From assembly GCA_964106915.2 (NCBI GenBank), contig OZ066915.1: DNA of 64,000 bases. The stretch is one strand, 5' to 3'. Of the stretch, positions 38,470 to 50,351 are shown in pieces. The notes beneath the pieces were generated by a model. That model saw only the letters and a list, made by a program, of their open reading frames with translations, had not been told where the DNA came from and made no database searches. Origin of the DNA: Podarcis gaigeae (lineage: Eukaryota). How positions within the stretch are numbered: position 1 is the first letter of the stretch; the number at the start of each line of letters is the position of its first letter. The position numbers were made by a program, and so were the translations under genes.

Positions 38470-39125
38470 CTGAAATGCATCCAAAAAGAAACTTTTCAAC
38501 TTTCAGGCACTCCTCAATGAAACTGTGAAAAACTAATGAAGACTAAAATAATCTAGAAGGAGCCATAGTTCCTCCTAAAATTAGGAATAAGTTAAAATCG
38601 TGACTCCATACTAGAACCTTAGCAGTCAACTCCATAATAATAAAACAAATGGAGTATGTGCTATATTCACAAAGGGCTAGATCAACATGGTTTAAAGCTA
38701 AACCTACTGAATTAATTCATAAATTGTCATTGCAACATAGATTATTTATATAAAAATTCTTTTGTTGCTTTTCTACTAAAAGAATTCAAAGTGACTTACA
38801 ATGTAATGGATGATGAGAAAACAGTGGATATTTTATCTGGGTTTTAGTAAAGCATTTCATACAGCACTATACAATATCTTATGGTTAGAAAGCCAACATA
38901 AGATGTCTTGGAAAATTAGTACAATCAAATGGATCAAAAACTGGCTATCTAACCGTATTAAGAGAGTAATCGTAACTGGCAGTCCATCTAGATGGGGAGA
39001 GATTTCCAGTGGGATCCAGGGATCGCAATTCGGTCCCATTTTGTTTTATATCTTTATAAAAGATCTGGAAGACAAAGTAGAGAATATGCTAAATAAGTCT
39101 TTTGGCTTCTACTAATTAGGGAATG
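38470..39125 (+). mobile_element. Ancient CR1 (L3-like) LINE ORF2 reverse-transcriptase relic hosting the beta-2L exon on its antisense strand
   Basis: ORF 38810-39115 reads [75 protein letters not shown], matching CR1 RT motifs YLDFSKAFD / W(I)xNWLxxRxQRV / SGVPQGSVLGPxLFxIFINDL. Degraded upstream motifs (MHP near 38475, QHGF near 38685) are also visible. Faint similarity may extend to roughly 38000-40000. Confidence 0.88.
38954..39064 (-). CDS. GABRB2: GABRB2 alternative cassette exon (beta-2L insert, human exon 10 equivalent), 111 nt / 37 aa
   Basis: Acceptor TTTGTCTTCCAG|ATC, donor ACG|GTTAGA, phase 0/0. Translates [37 protein letters not shown], 29/38 identical to the human insert as I recall it ([38 protein letters not shown]). 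It lies at the expected position between the TM3 exon and the last exon. Confidence 0.9.
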
Positions 39126-41439
39126 GTGAGCAGAGCTAGAACTAACATAGTAGTTGTAAAATAACTCTAAATACTTCTTTGAAATTGGATGATAAATTTA
39201 CAGACCATATTCTAAATTAAATGTGAGACAGAAGATAACAGAACACACGGGAGCTTCACAGAAGAAAACAATAGTAGGCTTTGCTAGTCATGCCTGCGTC
39301 AAATATCCAAAATGATTTGAGCCTTTTGGACTCAAATACATCATATATCTCTTAAAAAGCCAAAGACATTGTCACATGGAATGGCAGAAGAGGAAACGAT
39401 CTCACATGGAGGTAAATTATAAGAGCTAAGTGGATAGAGAGCTTGATGAAAGTAAAGAGAATAAGGAATAACATGACAGTCAACTGCAGGAGATTCAGAC
39501 AGAAGTAGAGGTGTAAGTGCAATTAAAGCCATTAAAACCAATTGATCTGACAAAACAAGCATTATGGTAGTCTTGACACTATCTTCCCAGGCTGAATGTG
39601 CGGTGTCAGCACTGAACACATTTAGAACATAACAGAAAGGGAATTCATGAAAAATCAATGGAAGAGGGGCTTCAATGGAGCTGAAGCAGCATTGGATCAA
39701 GATTTAATGTGTAAAATATAATATAATTGATCTATGAATGCATGTTTTCTTAGTAAATGGCTGTGAAATCACCCTATGGGCAAACCCTTATGTTTCTTTT
39801 GCTAGCAAAACTGAATTAAAGGAAGAATTGAGATGCAAAGTCAAATATATAAACACAAAGTTCACATACTTATAGCATGGATACCCAAAAATGAAGGGGA
39901 AAAAAGGAGATACTTGGTAAGAACAGAATGTGAATGTGAAACAGAACAAACAGATTTCACGGTATATTTGATTCATGGGCAAACCTTTGAGCCCTAAACT
40001 CCATCCTGGAATGCTAAAATCCTGACAATGGCACTTGGGTAAACATCAAGCAGCTGCATTCAGGACAATAGACAAGATGTAGAAAGGTGTTACCACTAAG
40101 CATGTCTGAGGGTTGCCAATTACTAGGACAGGAGCAATAGGACACATTCTATTAAATTTTACTTCTGTGCTGGCAATCATTATGTTGAGTAGATTGCTTT
40201 TTGTTTTTTGTCTGGAGCTGGAACTTTAGGGACTGACTGTGGTTATAAAAATTAAATAACAAAAATATTTTGGGAGACACTGTTGAGAGGATCCACAGCA
40301 TCAATTCAGATAGGCTTGTCTGGAATGGTATTAGGCCAAAACTTGACTGTTTTTGCAATTTATTCTGTGTCGAGTTAAGGGCTTCTTGTCTGCCTGTGCA
40401 TTTGGTCTGCTTTTTTAGCAGTTGTCTTTTAGATTTTATCAGTTTAATGGGTTATAATTTACTCCTGGTAATTTCTTGGTGTTATTATTATACAGCACCC
40501 TGGGGTTTATTGGTATGGAAGGTGCATTAGAAACATTAACAATAAAGTAATCAATAAAACCTGAGACTGATACCCTTCTTTATAATTTTTAAGAACTTGA
40601 GAAACACCCCTTTGGCATGCACAGTTCTTTTCCTCTCCTGTTTGATTTCCTCTTCCTTTTTTTTGTCTATAGCTTCCATGCCAACCATGGTTACACTTGA
40701 AACTGATATGTGAAACCATAAATCAGGCATTCTAGCTGCACCCCCATCCTCATGGTTGTTGCCCTATTTGTGATGGCAGTGGGGAAGTCTCCTGTACACA
40801 TGGAGGCTTCTGAACATTTTAAAAACCAACAAAACGAGGGTTCCAAAACATGAAGGAACCTCCACAGATACAGGTCTCCCTGATGCGGACAGCCACTGAG
40901 GAACATTTAGAGGACGACGACGATGAGGAGGATGAACAGGCAGAACTAGTATGCTTGTGGACATTGTTCCCTCCTCACACATTGACTTAAGCCCTATTCA
41001 TTATAGTGCTGTTTACAGTACTGAAAAGAGAAGGGTTGGGAGAATTCAGGCCAGATGGAGATGACAGATCAGGTGGGCCCTTCAGGATTTAGGGAAATTT
41101 ATACTTGCAACAAGCTACACACAAATGATGTTGAAAGAATAAATGAAGCTATGCTGCTGTTGTTTCCAAGAAGGGTTTTCTGAAGAGTGAGAATTGTGAC
41201 CTCTTAGAAAATAAGAAATGTTGCAAGTTACCTTTTAACTAATAGCACCACAAAAACTGATACTTTGATTTAAAAAAATCACAACAGTTTTGCCATGCCC
41301 TATGATACACTGGAGGAACACTTGGTTGTATCTAAAATGTTGGTTCATCTCTGGAGATAAAGTTCTGAAACCATTTTCCTTTGGCACCTGAAACTTCACA
41401 CTGACTTTCATGGGCCTCTGGAAGCAGTGACAAGTAGGC

Positions 41440-41880
41440 ACCAATGTTAAAAGATCCTCAGTGGCTCCCAGTTTGTTTTCAGGCTCAATTCAAAATACTG
41501 GCCTTGGTCATTCAAGCCCTAAGCCTGATACCTGTATATTTCAAAGTTCCACCTTCTACAACGGTAACTAAACAATTGGTTCAGATCTTCCCTAGAAGCC
41601 CTCCTCTGAGTGCCCCAGCAAGAGGCCAATGAAGAGATGGCCTTCTCTGTCACAGCACTCAAATTGTGGAACTGCTGCCCTACATATGCTCATTTCACAC
41701 CGTCCATGTTTTATTTTGTGTGGTCTGCTCTGTGTTCTTGAACCTTGACAGCCCTATTCTCTTTTTATACATCATCTTCTGTTATTATTTATTTATGCTT
41801 CTATCTTCATCGGGTATCTTGCTGTACTATAATTCACCCCAAGTCTAATTTACAAAAGGTAGAAATATATTAAATAAGCA
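41440..41880 (+). mobile_element. Old L2-clade LINE 3' fragment
   Basis: Translates LKDPQWLPVCFQAQFKILAL, resembling the L2 ORF2 LHWLPV..R..FK motif, then GGCCTTCTCTGT...TGTGGAAC. Confidence 0.65.
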
Positions 41881-44774
41881 AGTAAGGAATATCCATCAGC
41901 CACAGTCTAAAAGGAGACAGTCTAGGCACAGAGAAAGGAACCATGTATGGAAATGGAGCTCCCTTCCCTCTTCTTTGGAAAGCTGATACATATAAAGTAT
42001 CACTGAGAAAACCTTTGTATAGATCAAACCTTTGCATGAAAATGTAATATTTGAAATGGCTCTATGAGTGAATGGCTTCCACATTTCCTCAAATAAAACT
42101 TGAAATTATAATTTTGGCAGCAAATATTTAATATCCAAAAATTAATCATTTTTTGCCAATAGTTTTTATTGATTTTCCAATTTTAACCCAATTACACAAA
42201 TTAATTCCAAATTAATATAATTTTGTTTAAGAGGTTTCCCACAATCCATTCTTGATGCATCATCTAATACCACTGCATTTCATATTCTTATTTACTTCTA
42301 GCACAATCCATATTACAAATTATCACATAGTCAACAGCTGCACTCTTAATGATTTCTATTCATTTTATTATATTATTTAACTTTCAAAAAACTTCAAGTG
42401 GGGAACAACAGATTTTCTTTTCTTTTTCAATCTGCATGTGCCCAAAAATAATTCTTAACCCACCTTTATTCACTGGTTTTCTTTGTAAGCACCTTCAGGC
42501 ATTTTTGGCATGTTTTATTATTTGAAATGTTGAAAAAAAGATTTTAGAAACAGACATGTACATGCCAATAAAGTTTTTTGTGTGTATGTGTTATATAAAC
42601 TGTTTTTGAGCACCACTGTGAAAAGATAAGGCTGCTGTGATGGTTGCTTCCTGTTTTTATGCAGTTTACCTCTGTTTATTTGCAACTAGAAGTCAAGCAA
42701 TACTTCTAGTACCATTACCATAGTACCATTATTGTAACAAGCTGCAGGTAGGGAACAGGGAAATTAAGGCTTGTATCCAACAAAGTACCCCCATTCACAA
42801 TAATTTCTGCTTGCACAACAGACCTCTCCCTTCCTCTTCTCTCCCTGTGCTCCTCCTTCCCAATCTGCTTGGGAGAGCTGAGGGAAATCCCAAAACATCC
42901 CATGCACAGGGAGATGAGAGGGAGGGGACATTCCACTACATGAGGGGAAGTCTTTGCATAAAGGGGGGAGGGAACCAGAAACATACCAAAACGTCTAGCC
43001 CAGAACCGTGTGAATCCAACAGTTATTAACTCTTTCTCTTTTCACACATTTGAGAAAATACGACATGGAATTTGGATTTTTTTTAAAAAATAAATAAACG
43101 ATTTTCTATGAAATATTTCAAGTTTTACATCTATACAATTTTACAAATAAATCCATGCCATATTTGCTGAAATGATGCTTTTGCTGACATTATAAAAATG
43201 TAAGTATACTTATATTGATTCCGTATTCTCTGTCAAGTTTATACCCCCTTTTGGTTCTGTTATAGAGTATCACACAGCTTTCAAGCATGTCGTAGTTTAG
43301 CCATCATTTTGGATTGTTCCTCTGAGGAACAGCTGGAAAACTCATGAATTTTTTAAAGCCTTCAAACCTTCTGCCTGACAGATGACAGCAAAGCCTATAG
43401 TGAATACAATCCATCTTGTAAATCAAGCTTCAGAAAGAGGAAAATGCCACTAAGTGAGAGTGTATCTAAAGCCCAAGGCATTCAAGGGCTTTCCAGATGA
43501 TTTTGGGGTGTGTTTTTTTGCATAATAAAGAAGTGTACAGCTGTGACAATTGGTTGCTCAGGATCCAGGCATCTATGGATCTTCTTCCAATGTAAGAATA
43601 TTACATTTTTTACCACTGCACAACACCACGTTAAAAGGGAAAAAGTTATTTCCTTCAGCTGCTACACTCTTGTGTTAGACTTTTAACGAGCTACAGAATT
43701 CATGCTATGCAAAACCATGGGGGGGGGGTCTGTTTAGAAGAATGATCAGCGACACTTTCTAGAAAGAATGTGCAACACCAATTCTTATAAGCTTGTGACA
43801 CTTTTGATGTGTTTAATTCTTTTAGTAGTGCTGTGCATCTTATTAGACTGTTTTACTATTAAAATGCCAATTTATTGTGGCCTTTACTGAATGTTTATTG
43901 CTATTGTATTTTACTGTCAACTGCCCACTTTACAAAACAACAGCAGCAAATAAATATTTGCTGGGGGTGAGGGTGGGACACAAGCACATCAAAATTTGAA
44001 AATAGAAAAAAGTGAATACTAACAAAGTTGTCTATACTATATTAATGCCCCCACCATCTCATGAAACTTTTGCATTGCTTTGATTATTTAAAAAAAAGCC
44101 ATCACAGCCATGCACTATTTGTTTCTTTTGGGTGGATATAAAATCTTTTGTAAAGATCCACCAATGGATATGGAGAAGTCTATTTTTGCTGATTTCCCTT
44201 CTCCTCTTCAGCCCCTAGAAAATATGCTCAGTGGGGATGGTGGTTCTAGAGCACTTTGGAAAGTGTCATGGGCAACTGGAAAGGTAGGAGGCAAAAACTG
44301 CCCCTTCTGTGAGCAAAGGCCTCCTCTAGATCAAGTACTCTTCTATAAAAACACTTCTTCAGTCTATGCAGAACTGACTGCATCCCTATATTTAGGTCTC
44401 TAAACATTGTGTGTTTATGTCCAGAGCGCAGACACACAAATTTACTTTTCCCATGGCATATGGACTATCTTATCCCTTCCACAATGCTACACCTTCATCC
44501 ATTATGTAAAGTTGGAAGTATATTATGAACATTGGCTTGGGGCTAGTTCAAGCTTATTTAATAAGACTATAAGGTGTTTTGTTTTGCTTTTTCTTTTTTT
44601 CTTTTTTGCTTTGCTTAGCTTTCAAAAAAATCATCTGGAAAGGCTGTATAGTGAAAGCCAATATGGCGCATAAAATTCCTACTGGACTTGTGCAGCAGAA
44701 GAACCAAATGTAAAAAAAGGCTCTGTTTGGAAGAAAATGAATTGTCTAATGCTGTAACTGTAAGATGCTAATCA

Positions 44775-45050
<276 letters not shown>

Positions 45051-45077
45051 TCAAAAAATTCAAAATAGTGTGTGTGT

Positions 45078-45180
45078 ATAGATATAGAGATATAGAGATA
45101 TAGAGATATAGAGATATAGAGATATAGAGATATAGAGATAGATATAGAGATATAGACATATAGAGATATAGAGATAGATA
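45078..45180. repeat. (GATATAGA)n 8-mer tandem repeat
   Basis: About 12 imperfect units, directly visible. Confidence 0.95.
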
Positions 45181-45657
45181 TTAGGGGGAGCTGGAGTTCA
45201 CTCCAGAAAAGCACTAGAAGAAATATTTTCCATACTAGCTTCTTTTTGGTTTTTGGGTGGTGATGCTTATTACAGTAATGAACAAAAAAACATTAAATGC
45301 TATGAATTCTCAAAGTCAACACCATGGAAATCTTTCCACTTGTGTATCACACAGGTTATAAAGTGCACCTATTTCTTCAGTATGCTGGTTTTACTTAATA
45401 TTTTTTTACATGTCTTCTGGTTTGAATTTTCAGAAAAATCTTGCTTGAAGACCTTGTGCAATATACATTAGCTTGAATCGAGGGAACAGTAGAGAATGCA
45501 TTCAACCTTCCTTTAGGTAATGTTTCTTCTTAAGAGCTATGGAAACTTGAAGAGGCTTAAGTTTAAATTTGCATTAGAATTGGATCCTTACCTGGAATGC
45601 AAGGTTCAGCAAACTCAAAAGGCTTGCTAATGTAAACTAGTTTTAAAAGACCAGTAG

Positions 45658-45658
45658 C

Positions 45659-45703
<45 letters not shown>

Positions 45704-45785
45704 TTATTATTTATTATTTATACCCCACCCATCTGGCTGGGTTTCCCCAGCCACTCTGGGCGGTTTCCAACCGAATATTAAAAAC
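45658..45785 (-). mobile_element. L2-clade 3' tail with (AAT)n microsatellite
   Basis: (AAT)15 followed by TTTATACCCCACCCATCTGGCTGGGTTTCCCCAGCCACTCTGGGCGG. Confidence 0.7.
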
Positions 45786-46657
45786 AAAGCAACATTTGTT
45801 GTAGCTGATCATTTATTGGATTACTGCGCCAGGAGGTTAAAAAGATTTGTTTGCATTATCAGTTTTGTTGGAATGGCAACACAAAAACTTTTTCAACCTC
45901 TGATTTGTGTATAACTGTTGGGTGAATGAATCACAAGTTGAAAGAAAGTAAACAAACCATGACAAGGCCAGTGTCTCATGAGCTGTTCCTATTCTGCCTT
46001 GGGACACAATCTAGAGTCATCATTCACAGACCCACATAAAAGCAAAGTGACTTGTCAATTTTTCTGTCAGGGACAAGAGGGTTTGAACTAGGAATTGTGG
46101 GGTCTAGGTTTGGGACCTAAGCTGAACTGTAGACTGTGCATGTTCTCAGGCTTCAGAGCTTTTTTCAGGCACAAAAGGACTTTGCAACATCAAGTCGTGT
46201 GACTGGTGAAGCCTGATGCAAATCCTAGAAGCCATGCCTTTTACTGCTGTATGGTCAGAGATGTAGAACCTATTTGCTACTCTTCAAGCCCAGACCTGGG
46301 GTTGGGTGCAGTTCCACTCAGCTCTGGACAGCCTTGGCAAATGTCAAGACAAGTCAACAAGGGCATGTGACTGAAGGCAGTGGAATTCCTTGTCTGCATT
46401 GCCTGGAGTTTTTACCCCAATGTAGCCAGAGGCAATACTATGGTGTAAAGAAGTCCATGGTAACAGATATTATCAGGATTCAGCTCGGTAAACTATTTTA
46501 ATTGTGGAATTTGAAATGCCCATTAAGAGAAGAAGCCATACTCCTGCAAAGTAGAATCCTGTTTCAACCTTACCCAAATGTTACCTAAGAAGACAATATT
46601 ACATGTTGAGATAGGAGCGTAGTAAAAGACACAAAGTGACACCATTGGTTCATTACT

Positions 46658-47177
46658 TACTTTGCAGCTTCCATTGCATCCGCTAGCTCTCACCCGGTAC
46701 AACTTTTTAAAATAATTAGGTCAATAACGTCCTTAGGAGGACAACCAAATTTAAGCACAAATTCGACCCACAGCTGTGAGGCATTCACGAGTTTTTTGGC
46801 GGAGAAAGTCCTGTTGCTCCGCCGTGACCTCCCTGCCAATTTAGATACAGTGACTGAACTGGAGGCCCCTCGACTGACTTCAGGCCCAGTGTTGGACCAT
46901 TTCGATCGGATACTCCCTACTGATGTGGATAGATTCCTCCAAGTTGGTAGGCCCACCACCTGCCTCCTTGATCCGTGCCCATCTTGGCTGATTAGGGAGT
47001 GTCCAGATGTTGCATGGACCCCCCTGGTTGAAATTATCAATTTGTCCCTTGACACGGGGACATTCCCAGGGGAACTGAAGGAAGCAGTGGTGTGTCCACT
47101 CTTAAAAAAAACTTCATTAGATCCCTTAGACCTATCCAATTACCGCCCAGTTTCAAATCTTCTATACCTGGGTAAGA
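46658..47177 (+). mobile_element. L2-clade LINE ORF2 internal fragment with an uninterrupted frame
   Basis: YFAASIASASSHPVQLFKIIRS...RPTTCLLDPCPSWLI...EIINLSLDTGTFPGELKEAVVCPLLKKTSLDPLDLSNYRPVSNLLYLGK, the N-terminal part of the RT region. Confidence 0.9.
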
Positions 47178-48150
47178 AGTCTGAACTTGGGGTCTTCTGC
47201 ATGCAAAATATGTTTTCTCTCCAGCTTTGAACCCTCCCCATAGTCTGAGGAATTACCAGCAAGGTAAGAATATTTTGTGATTTTTAGATTAAATATATTG
47301 CAAGAAAAGTAGCTAAGGTTGCAAAACTCTATGGTCCCTGAAAAGGTGACCTATGCCATACGGTCTTCTGGATCTCCCTGAAAAGAGAGGTCTGCTCTAT
47401 CACGGGAAGATCTGGATTTATAAGCCTCTCTGTGAGGCAATGGAGATGTCTGCAGTAAGTGCTCCTCCAACCAAATTAGAAAGGGGTGGAAAAACCTGTG
47501 CCCCACTCTTTCCACATGAACTGGCAGGGCATAGGTTCTTCTAATTGTATTACTCCCCACTTCCCACCTCATATAGGTTTGCTCCACTAAGAAAACAGTG
47601 CTAATATAAATTGCAATGATTTTAAGCTAATTCGGAGAAGAAATTGTTTTAGCTGGGTTGTGATGACTCAAATTCTGAATCTTAAATGTAAATTTAATAG
47701 GTAGTAGTACACAACAATGCTGAACACCAGCACAAAACATCACACAATCTGGCTGAGCTGAAGCACTTGTATTTACCTTGATTTACTCACTTTAAAATTA
47801 TCTCTAAATATTTCATCCAAACTGGTTCAAAAGAAAGCTTTTCAGTGCTTAAATATATGTAAACCTGACCAGCCTCCAAAATTAGAACAGGAAGCACATT
47901 CAAAGGCTAAGAGCCAAAGTAACATTAGTGCAAGAAAAGCTGCTACTTCACAGGTGAGCTTTGTTGTGCGATGGGTATCACAAGTGGAAGTAGCGTAACA
48001 GCACAAAAAGTAAATGATAGAGTTAAGCTGTGCAACAATTCCACCATTCTAAGTCACCCATTGGATTTGGCTGTTATGTTATGTTAGGAATGGAGCTTAT
48101 GTTATGGGCAGCTGGCACAACAGGATATATGTTGAGCAAAAAGTGCTTAC

Positions 48151-48303
48151 CTAAAGCCACTCTGGCAGCTGAAGCATCATAATTGATCCAGAATGAAACC
48201 CAGGAGAGAATAGTGATCAGAATGGAAGGCATATAGGTCTGAAGTATGAAGTAGCCAATGTTTCTCTTGAGTTTGAAACTGAGTGATAGCCTTGGATAGG
48301 AAC
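48151..48303 (-). CDS. GABRB2: GABRB2 153-nt coding exon (loop C end, TM1, start of TM2; human exon 8 equivalent)
   Basis: Acceptor TTCTAG|GT, donor TTAG|GTAAGC. Translates (G)[50 protein letters not shown](G). Confidence 0.98.
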
Positions 48304-48506
48304 CTAGAACAGAATTTATGTTTAGAAGGTCAAGTTTCAGTTCTGTAGCCCTGCAAGCACATTGTTAACATTTACAACCCACAAACTTTTATTGTAATTC
48401 AACACCCATAAGGCAAAAATAAAATTTATTATTAAACAAACAAAATGCCAGTTTCTTTAATCTGTGCCTAAACAAAGATGTCAAAGGTTCACTGTGCCTT
48501 TGCTAG

Positions 48507-48681
48507 CAGTGGCGTAGCGTGGGAGGTGCAGGGAGGGGGGGCGGCTGCACCGGGCACAACATCTGGGGGTTAGGGTTAGGGGGTGCAAATCCACGGGTTA
48601 GGGGGCGCAAATCCATGGGTTAGGGGGCGCAAATTACTTGTCTTGCCCCGGGTGCTGACAACAACCCACGCTACGCCACTG
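48507..48681. mobile_element. hAT MITE with perfect TIR and TSD carrying GGGTTAGGG repeats
   Basis: 17-bp TIR CAGTGGCGTAGCGTGGG / CCCACGCTACGCCACTG; perfect 8-bp TSD TTTGCTAG. Confidence 0.92.
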
Positions 48682-50132
48682 TTTGCTAGCAGGTGTGCAT
48701 ACACCGAAACCATTAAGCTTTGCAGTAGCTCAGCATCCAATATTGCATTTTGACCTTTGCATGTTCTACCTTGCTATGGTCACTTTGAAATCACCTGAAG
48801 TGCTAGGCTCAGAAACTGGTTCATATACTCATAGCCACAAAATTCAGGTAAGCAGAGTTGTATTCATTCTGTACTAGCTGTCATATCAATCAAACATAAC
48901 AAGTTGTCATGTTGGGTATTTATGGCATGATTCTGCTCCTTCATCATTATCTTCTTGGCAGGTGATGCCAGAACAAGTAAAAACTCAAAATAGCCCCTGT
49001 GTAACCAAATAAGCGAACAGTGGAAAAGACCGGGCTGGGAAAAGGGAAATGAAAGGGGTTGAGAAGTAAAAACACCAGAAACAGAGCAATATTTAAAACT
49101 GTTTAGGCTCTGAGGTTTGTTTAGGCCTCCCACACAAACCTCCTGTGAGAGGAGCAAAATTCTGATCCTTATACTTTCAAACCACTGATCTCTGCTCCCA
49201 AGAAAAATCAAACTGGGACAACTGTTCTGCACAAATCCATGAAATGCAAAAGTGGTATTTGCAATCAGACTTGATTAGCAGTCCGGATAGTTACATCCTG
49301 TTCTCTTGAGTGTTGCTTGTTAGTTAACCCCCCCCCCAAAAAAAAACAACAGCCCCACTGAACTAGGATTGGAAGTCTGTGTAGCAGAAGCAGGAGTTGC
49401 ACATCTGTTTCACTATCTGAGGAATGTACTGCCCCCACCGAAGCCTTACTTATCGGGGTTGCACAACAGCTTCCGGCAAGATCTCACGAGAGTTGAATGA
49501 GATCTTGCTGGAAGCTGCGACTGCTTCTCCTCGCTTCCATAGTGGTGGTGGCAGGGGCGCCACCCCATGGGATTCCACCATCCAAGGCAGCTGCCTCAGT
49601 CCGCCTCATGGGCAGGCTGGCCCTGAAAAAGGGGAGGGGGGTAGTATCAAATTTTGATTCCATATGGTCTCATCAGGCATAAGAAAAGGGCATCCATATA
49701 TTTTAATAATGAAAGTGTATGGGAAAAGTAGCTTGCTTTTTTATGAGCTTTGAGAGTGGCTGCAGAAAATAGAAAATAGTTTATTCGTTCAGGTCGATTA
49801 AGGTTGATACCCTTTTAAAACAACAACAACCCACACTGGCTGAATAAAAAAGTATTTATTATATGTACACCACAGTCCTATACATGTTTCTTTATGTACT
49901 GTGTTCAATGGGACTAACTTCTAGGCAAGCATGCACAGGACAGCAGGTTTAGTGCACCTGACATGGCACAGTTATTTTAATAAGGAATAAATTGTATTGG
50001 TTTGCCTATTCAGTGCTCATTTGTTTATTCTTTATACGATCCATGCAGTTAGTCATTATGTACTATCCAAAACAACTGATGGGAAGCTTTTCAGCGAGCA
50101 GATAGATGCATTTCCTTTGTGGCACCCCTTCA

Positions 50133-50351
<219 letters not shown>

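Noticed and set aside
38857-39039. Minus-strand [11 protein letters not shown]...
   Set aside because: Wrong frame of the cassette exon; the real exon frame starts at 39064.
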